DNA of 43,016 nucleotides from a virus: IMG/VR virus record IMGVR_UViG_3300002026_000066, positions 1 to 43,016 of that record; one strand, 5' to 3'. Shown piece by piece: positions 39,316 to 43,016 of this stretch (position 1 is its first letter; each line of letters starts with the position of its first letter). The notes under the pieces were generated by a model. It saw only the letters and a program-made list of their open reading frames with translations, ran no database searches and was not told where the DNA came from. The position numbers and the translations under genes were made by a program.

Positions 39316-40757
39316 AAACCCCCGCCGCCATCCGCCGGGCCAGCAAACAGGCGCGTAACGCCATGTACGAGCTGGACCGTGCCACCAGTGCCGAGCTGCG
39401 CACCGACTACCAGCGTGCAGCCGATGCCGTGCGGGCGGCCATTGCGCAGGCCACGGGCCCTGATGACCTGGTGCGGCGCGAACACCTGCAGGGCCTGCTG
39501 CGGCAGATTGAAGACATCTTGCAGCGCATGGGCCTGGCGCGTGATGCCGTGCTGACCGGTGCGCTGGAACAGGCCGCCACCCTGGGCGTGCGCCCCTACA
39601 CCCTGCAAGGCGTGGGCGCTGTGGGGGGCAGCACGGCCGTGCTGGACAGCGCAGCGGCCATGCGCATCAGCGAAGCGGCGGTGGAGTTTGTGGCCAGTTT
39701 TCGCATGGCCGATGGCCTGGCCCTGAGCGACCGCCTGTGGCGGCTGGACCTGGGCGCAAAAGAGGTGCTGCAACGCGCAGTCAGCAACGCAGTGGCGCAG
39801 GGCTGGAGCGCAAGCAAGGCCGTGGTCGACCTGATGTATGGCGGAAAACCCGTGCCTCCCGAGCTGGCCGCCACGCTGGGCCGTGCCCGACAAGGTGCAC
39901 TGCTGAACCTGGCCGACTTGCTGACCGGCGGGGAGAAGGGTGCCGATGGCTCCGAGCTGTGGAAAGCCGAGCGGGTGATGCGTACGGAAATTAACCGGGC
40001 GCATGGCGAGGCCTACGCCGAAAGCGCGCAGCGCACGCCGGGGTTTGCGGGCTTTCGGTACCTGCTGAGCCCGCGCCACCCTGAGCCTGACATATGCGAC
40101 CTGTTGGCCAGCCAGAACCTGCACGGCCTGGGGCCTGGCGTGTACCCCGACCGCGAGCGCACCCCATGGCCAGCACACCCCAACACCCTGAGCTTTTTGG
40201 AAGTGGTGTTTGCCGACGAGGTGACCGACGCCGACCGCGCAGGCAAGGAAACCGAGCTGCAAGCCCTGCAACGCCTGGGGCCCGCCGTGCGCCAGGGCGT
40301 GCTGGGCGTGACCAAGGCCGCGTACTTTGACCAGGGGCTGCTGCGCCGGGGCATGCTGCGCAGCCCGTTGCGGGCGGTGGAGGCGCGGTTGAAGCGGCAG
40401 GGCGCCCCACTGGTGCCCAAGGTTGCCGTGCTGCCCAACGTGGCACGGGCTGTCATTCCCATTCCCAAGGTGTTTGACTACATGCTCAACGTCAACCACC
40501 CCAGGGGTGCCCACAAAGCCAAGGTGTTTGCATCTGCACTGGGCTTCACAGTGGCAAACGGTGACTTGCTGATTGCGGCCATTCGTTCGCAGGCGCAAAC
40601 AGCCAAGGCCGAAGTGGTTGCACACACGCCATATGGCACCACATACCGGGTAGACATGGATGTGACAGGCCCGGGTGGAACTGCTATGGTTCGCACCGGC
40701 TGGATCGTTGACCCTGAAACCGGCATTGCGCGGCTGACATCCGCCTACGTGAAGTAA
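39312..40757 (+). CDS. MuF/SPP1 gp7-like head morphogenesis protein with a C-terminal DUF6883-like extension
   Basis: MuF core: ERVMRTEINRAHGEAY...DICDLL...WPAHPNTLSFLEVVF. The C-terminal roughly 120 aa (KVFDYMLNVNHPRGAHKAKVFASALGFT...YGTTYRVDMDVTGPGG...VRTGWIVDPETGIARLTSAYV) fit the DUF6883 pattern as I recall it. Confidence 0.7.
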   Translation: MKTPAAIRRASKQARNAMYELDRATSAELRTDYQRAADAVRAAIAQATGPDDLVRREHLQGLLRQIEDILQRMGLARDAVLTGALEQAATLGVRPYTLQGVGAVGGSTAVLDSAAAMRISEAAVEFVASFRMADGLALSDRLWRLDLGAKEVLQRAVSNAVAQGWSASKAVVDLMYGGKPVPPELAATLGRARQGALLNLADLLTGGEKGADGSELWKAERVMRTEINRAHGEAYAESAQRTPGFAGFRYLLSPRHPEPDICDLLASQNLHGLGPGVYPDRERTPWPAHPNTLSFLEVVFADEVTDADRAGKETELQALQRLGPAVRQGVLGVTKAAYFDQGLLRRGMLRSPLRAVEARLKRQGAPLVPKVAVLPNVARAVIPIPKVFDYMLNVNHPRGAHKAKVFASALGFTVANGDLLIAAIRSQAQTAKAEVVAHTPYGTTYRVDMDVTGPGGTAMVRTGWIVDPETGIARLTSAYVK

Positions 40758-40761
40758 CCCC

Positions 40762-40971
40762 ATGCAACACACACACACATTTCGACCGCTGGACGTAGTT
40801 GCCCTGCGCAGTGCACAGGGTAGTGTGGCTGCGGGCGCGTTGGGCACAGTGTTGGAAGTCTTTTCCAAACCAGAAGCGGCTTACCTGGTGGAATTTGCCG
40901 ACGACAACGGGGTTGAGATTGAAACCCTGGCCCTGCTGCCATCTCAAATCGAACCTGTTGCCAAACCCTGA
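40762..40971 (+). CDS. DUF4926-like small protein (possible immunity/antitoxin partner of the DUF6883-like domain)
   Basis: The sequence FRPLDVVALRSAQGSVAAGALGTVLEVFSKPEAAYLVEFADDNGVEIETLALLPSQI fits the DUF4926 pattern (D.V.L...+..G..G.IV.V.....Y.VEF.D..G.T). Confidence 0.55.
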   Translation: MQHTHTFRPLDVVALRSAQGSVAAGALGTVLEVFSKPEAAYLVEFADDNGVEIETLALLPSQIEPVAKP

Positions 40972-40989
40972 CCACCCGGCCAAGCAGCA

Positions 40990-41337
40990 ATGACCTTCGA
41001 TGACCTGCTGGCCCAGCACAAAGAACGCTTTGAAGCGTGGCGTGCGCTGGTGGTGCTGGATGACAAACCCCTGCGCCGACACGTGCTGAGCTGGGGGCCG
41101 CAAATGGTGCGGCAGGTATCAGATTGGCCCCTTGGCAATGGCCTGGCTGACCTGTGGGAGTGTGTGCATGTGGACTTCGAAGCCTTGGCCGAACTGACCG
41201 GCGAACCCCAAGTGGAAGTTCGCATGCGCTTTCGGCAAGCGCAGGGGCTGGGGCTGCTGTACCCAGATGGCACCGTGGCAAAACCCGTGCGCGACCTGCT
41301 GCATGCCAAGGTGAAAGAGATCAGGGATAAGGGGTAG
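40990..41337 (+). CDS. Hypothetical protein
   Basis: 115-aa ORF with backbone-type GC. Confidence 0.5.
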   Translation: MTFDDLLAQHKERFEAWRALVVLDDKPLRRHVLSWGPQMVRQVSDWPLGNGLADLWECVHVDFEALAELTGEPQVEVRMRFRQAQGLGLLYPDGTVAKPVRDLLHAKVKEIRDKG

Positions 41338-41396
41338 TCAGCCTGTTCAAACTGGATTGAAAGCAGTAAGCTGTATATTCACATCAAAGTGATGCT

Positions 41397-41597
41397 ATGA
41401 AACATGTAAACGAACCGAAGCCAGACACCCCCATGCTTGAAGCGATGAAAACGTTTCAGGTTGGCGTTGGTGCGGCTGGTTCACGCATGATGGCGGCCTT
41501 GATTGAGAAGCAAAAAAACTTTGAAATCACAAAAGAGAAAATAAAAAATGACATTCAGCGAGGAAGTCGGCAATCCAGAGGATCAATTCCTCACTGA
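41397..41597 (+). CDS. Small ORF at the start of the low-GC island (may instead be the frameshifted 5' end of the next gene)
   Basis: 66-aa ORF that overlaps the next ORF by 50 nt across an A-rich run (ataaaaaatg). No clear ribosome-binding site. Confidence 0.3.
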   Translation: MKHVNEPKPDTPMLEAMKTFQVGVGAAGSRMMAALIEKQKNFEITKEKIKNDIQRGSRQSRGSIPH

Positions 41598-42384
41598 TTT
41601 TTTGTACGTTGAGCGCCAGCGCTTGGCCTCATACACCGCACAGTTGTTTCCTGATGGAAATTTAACTTCCATGAAGAAGGTCAGTGGACTGACCGAGCAA
41701 AGCGCGATGAAGTTCGGTGGCGGTGTGCCGAAACTACTTAACGCAGACCATACATCAACCGATACAGCAGTTAATTCAATTGAACACAGTTTTGATGCGA
41801 ACTGGTCATCAATTATTGACGCGTTGTCGGAGATAAATGCCAAAGGATTCGTAAAAGAATTCAGTGAAAGTGTGGCGATAGGTCAAATTATTCACTTCAA
41901 AGGCAACATCAACATAATGGATTTTAGGTTGCTTCAGAAATTGTGGCGACCTGTGATGAAGGGCGAGATAAGCAAGATGCCCGCTCATACCAAGCCCCAA
42001 CAAGTGGCGAAAAAGGCTCAAGAGTCGGCTGTCGCTTCAATGGTTGATGTTATTGAATTGATGCCGCATTTGATTCAGTTGAGTGCATTTAATTCAAAAT
42101 ATTCACTATGGTGCACGTTGAACTCTGAATGCATGGCAATTGATCCTGCCGATCTTGCATTCAAGTATGGCCCTAGTATTGATGGCGAATGGAGTGTGAT
42201 TGCGGTAATTGACGCCTGGCCATTTAATGACGATAACCACCAGATAAATTATCCTCCCGGATTGGGTGATATTCAGAATGCATTACTTCAAATGGCAGTG
42301 CAAATAAGAATTGGGTTTGGCAGACCTCTGAATTCGTATGGCATAACGCCGCTTGCGATTTACAGGACACTGAAAAACAGTTGA
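41548..42384 (+). CDS. Unknown 278-aa protein encoded in the low-GC island (candidate defence/exclusion gene)
   Basis: Long ORF in AT-rich DNA with no recognised catalytic motif. The N-terminal DFLYVERQRLASYTAQLF and C-terminal ITPLAIYR recall an uncharacterised DUF-type family, which I cannot verify. Confidence 0.6.
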   Translation: MTFSEEVGNPEDQFLTDFLYVERQRLASYTAQLFPDGNLTSMKKVSGLTEQSAMKFGGGVPKLLNADHTSTDTAVNSIEHSFDANWSSIIDALSEINAKGFVKEFSESVAIGQIIHFKGNINIMDFRLLQKLWRPVMKGEISKMPAHTKPQQVAKKAQESAVASMVDVIELMPHLIQLSAFNSKYSLWCTLNSECMAIDPADLAFKYGPSIDGEWSVIAVIDAWPFNDDNHQINYPPGLGDIQNALLQMAVQIRIGFGRPLNSYGITPLAIYRTLKNS

Positions 42385-42470
42385 TTCAAGCGATTATTTT
42401 CTTAGTGATCATCGCCTGAGACGGAGACACTTTGGAGCCCGAATTGCTTCGATAAACAGGGAGGTTTTGT

Positions 42471-42737
42471 ATGAAGTTGCTACTCGCCGCTGCGGGATTG
42501 CTTTTGGTTGTTGGTTGCTCGTCTCCGTATCAGGCGCAACCACCGTCCTACATGGTCAACATTGCTGAAGAGCGGGCTGAATTGACCGCCAACCGCAGTG
42601 ATTTGGCTTCAAAACGCAATCGGCTTTCAAACTCGAAAGTCAAAGCAGAAATCGAGGCACTAGAGGCCGAGATTGCAGAACTGGAGAAGCGGATTGCAGG
42701 AAGATGTGCTGACGGTGATGATGTGGGCGCTGGATGA
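42471..42737 (+). CDS. Small coiled-coil lipoprotein (88 aa)
   Basis: AGGGAGG ribosome-binding site 7 nt upstream. The signal peptide MKLLLAAAGLLLVVGC carries a lipobox (VVG|C). The mature part is a heptad-like coiled coil (KVKAEIEALEAEIAELEKRI). Confidence 0.7.
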   Translation: MKLLLAAAGLLLVVGCSSPYQAQPPSYMVNIAEERAELTANRSDLASKRNRLSNSKVKAEIEALEAEIAELEKRIAGRCADGDDVGAG

Positions 42738-42925
42738 GAAGGCGTGCACGCCTGAGTGAACCGCTGAATACCCCAAGCTCAATACGGGGTGTTCAGCAAA
42801 CAGGCCTACCGCAACCCCACACAAACCGATGCAAAATCGGTAGCCAACAAACCAATACAACAAAGCGCCAAGCTTGCATTTAGCCCCCTTTTTTTGAGCT
42901 GAAAACACATTCATGATGCCTCTCA

Positions 42926-43016
42926 CGGGTTGACCGTGAACGCGAGGCAGCATGCTCAAAAAACGACTGGTTTCATTGGCCGCATCGGCTGTTGCCCTGG
43001 TGGAAAGCTGTGCGGC
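42926..43016. repeat. Terminal direct repeat, copy 2 (restarts the capsid gene found at 27)
   Basis: Identical to 1-91. It contains the same ATG (42952) as the ORF starting at 27. Confidence 0.9.

Noticed and set aside
42740-42753. Perfect 14-bp palindrome AGGCGTGCACGCCT after the lipoprotein gene, and a T7 run at 42889-42895, considered as terminators of the island.
   Set aside because: No U-tract follows the palindrome, and no convincing GC stem precedes the T-run. I could not support either as an intrinsic terminator.
42660-42959. 99-aa minus-strand ORF spanning the end of the low-GC island and the capsid gene start.
   Set aside because: It overlaps the well-supported lipoprotein gene and the capsid start in antisense. 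It has no ribosome-binding site and translates to a hydrophobic, low-information sequence.

Overview
The window is one complete, circularly closed unit of about 42,925 bp. Bases 1-91 are repeated exactly at 42926-43016. It reads as a temperate, high-GC, proteobacterial-type tailed phage or prophage with a long non-contractile tail. Almost all genes are on the + strand.

Gene order, rotated by the circular assembly:
- Packaging and head: small and large terminase, portal, MuF-like head-morphogenesis protein (35.3-40.8 kb), then a 903-aa protease/scaffold-capsid fusion (27-2738) and head-tail joining genes.
- Tail: tail tube, a tail chaperone with a textbook -1 frameshift site, a 1458-aa tape measure, and tail tip, fibre and receptor-binding genes (to 15.8 kb).
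- Lysis: GH108 endolysin and a 3-TM holin (15.8-17.3 kb).
- Regulation and early genes: a ribbon-helix-helix (RHH) based regulatory switch with a CII-like gene (17.4-18.9 kb), and early genes including a short tyrosine recombinase, an HD hydrolase and a Toprim/P-loop primase-helicase (19.4-27.8 kb).
- Recombination region: about 300 nt of structured non-coding DNA, a roughly 700-nt non-coding tract, a XerC/D-like tyrosine integrase, a Mor-like protein and a large serine recombinase (27.8-33.1 kb).
- A P22 immI-like module of Arc/Mnt-like repressors plus an antirepressor (33.5-35.0 kb).

Most notable observations:
1. A low-GC, three-gene island (a 278-aa unknown protein, a small upstream ORF and a coiled-coil lipoprotein) sits between the head-morphogenesis and capsid genes.
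2. The MuF-like protein carries a C-terminal DUF6883-like domain and is followed by a DUF4926-like small gene, the architecture of MuF polymorphic toxins.
3. One phage carries three site-specific recombinases plus large non-coding regions rich in repeats and homopolymer tracts.
4. There are two separate RHH-type switch regions and no recognisable CI/Cro-type HTH repressor.

All family names come from motif recognition by eye. No database search was possible, and no tRNA, rRNA, CRISPR array or IS element was found.
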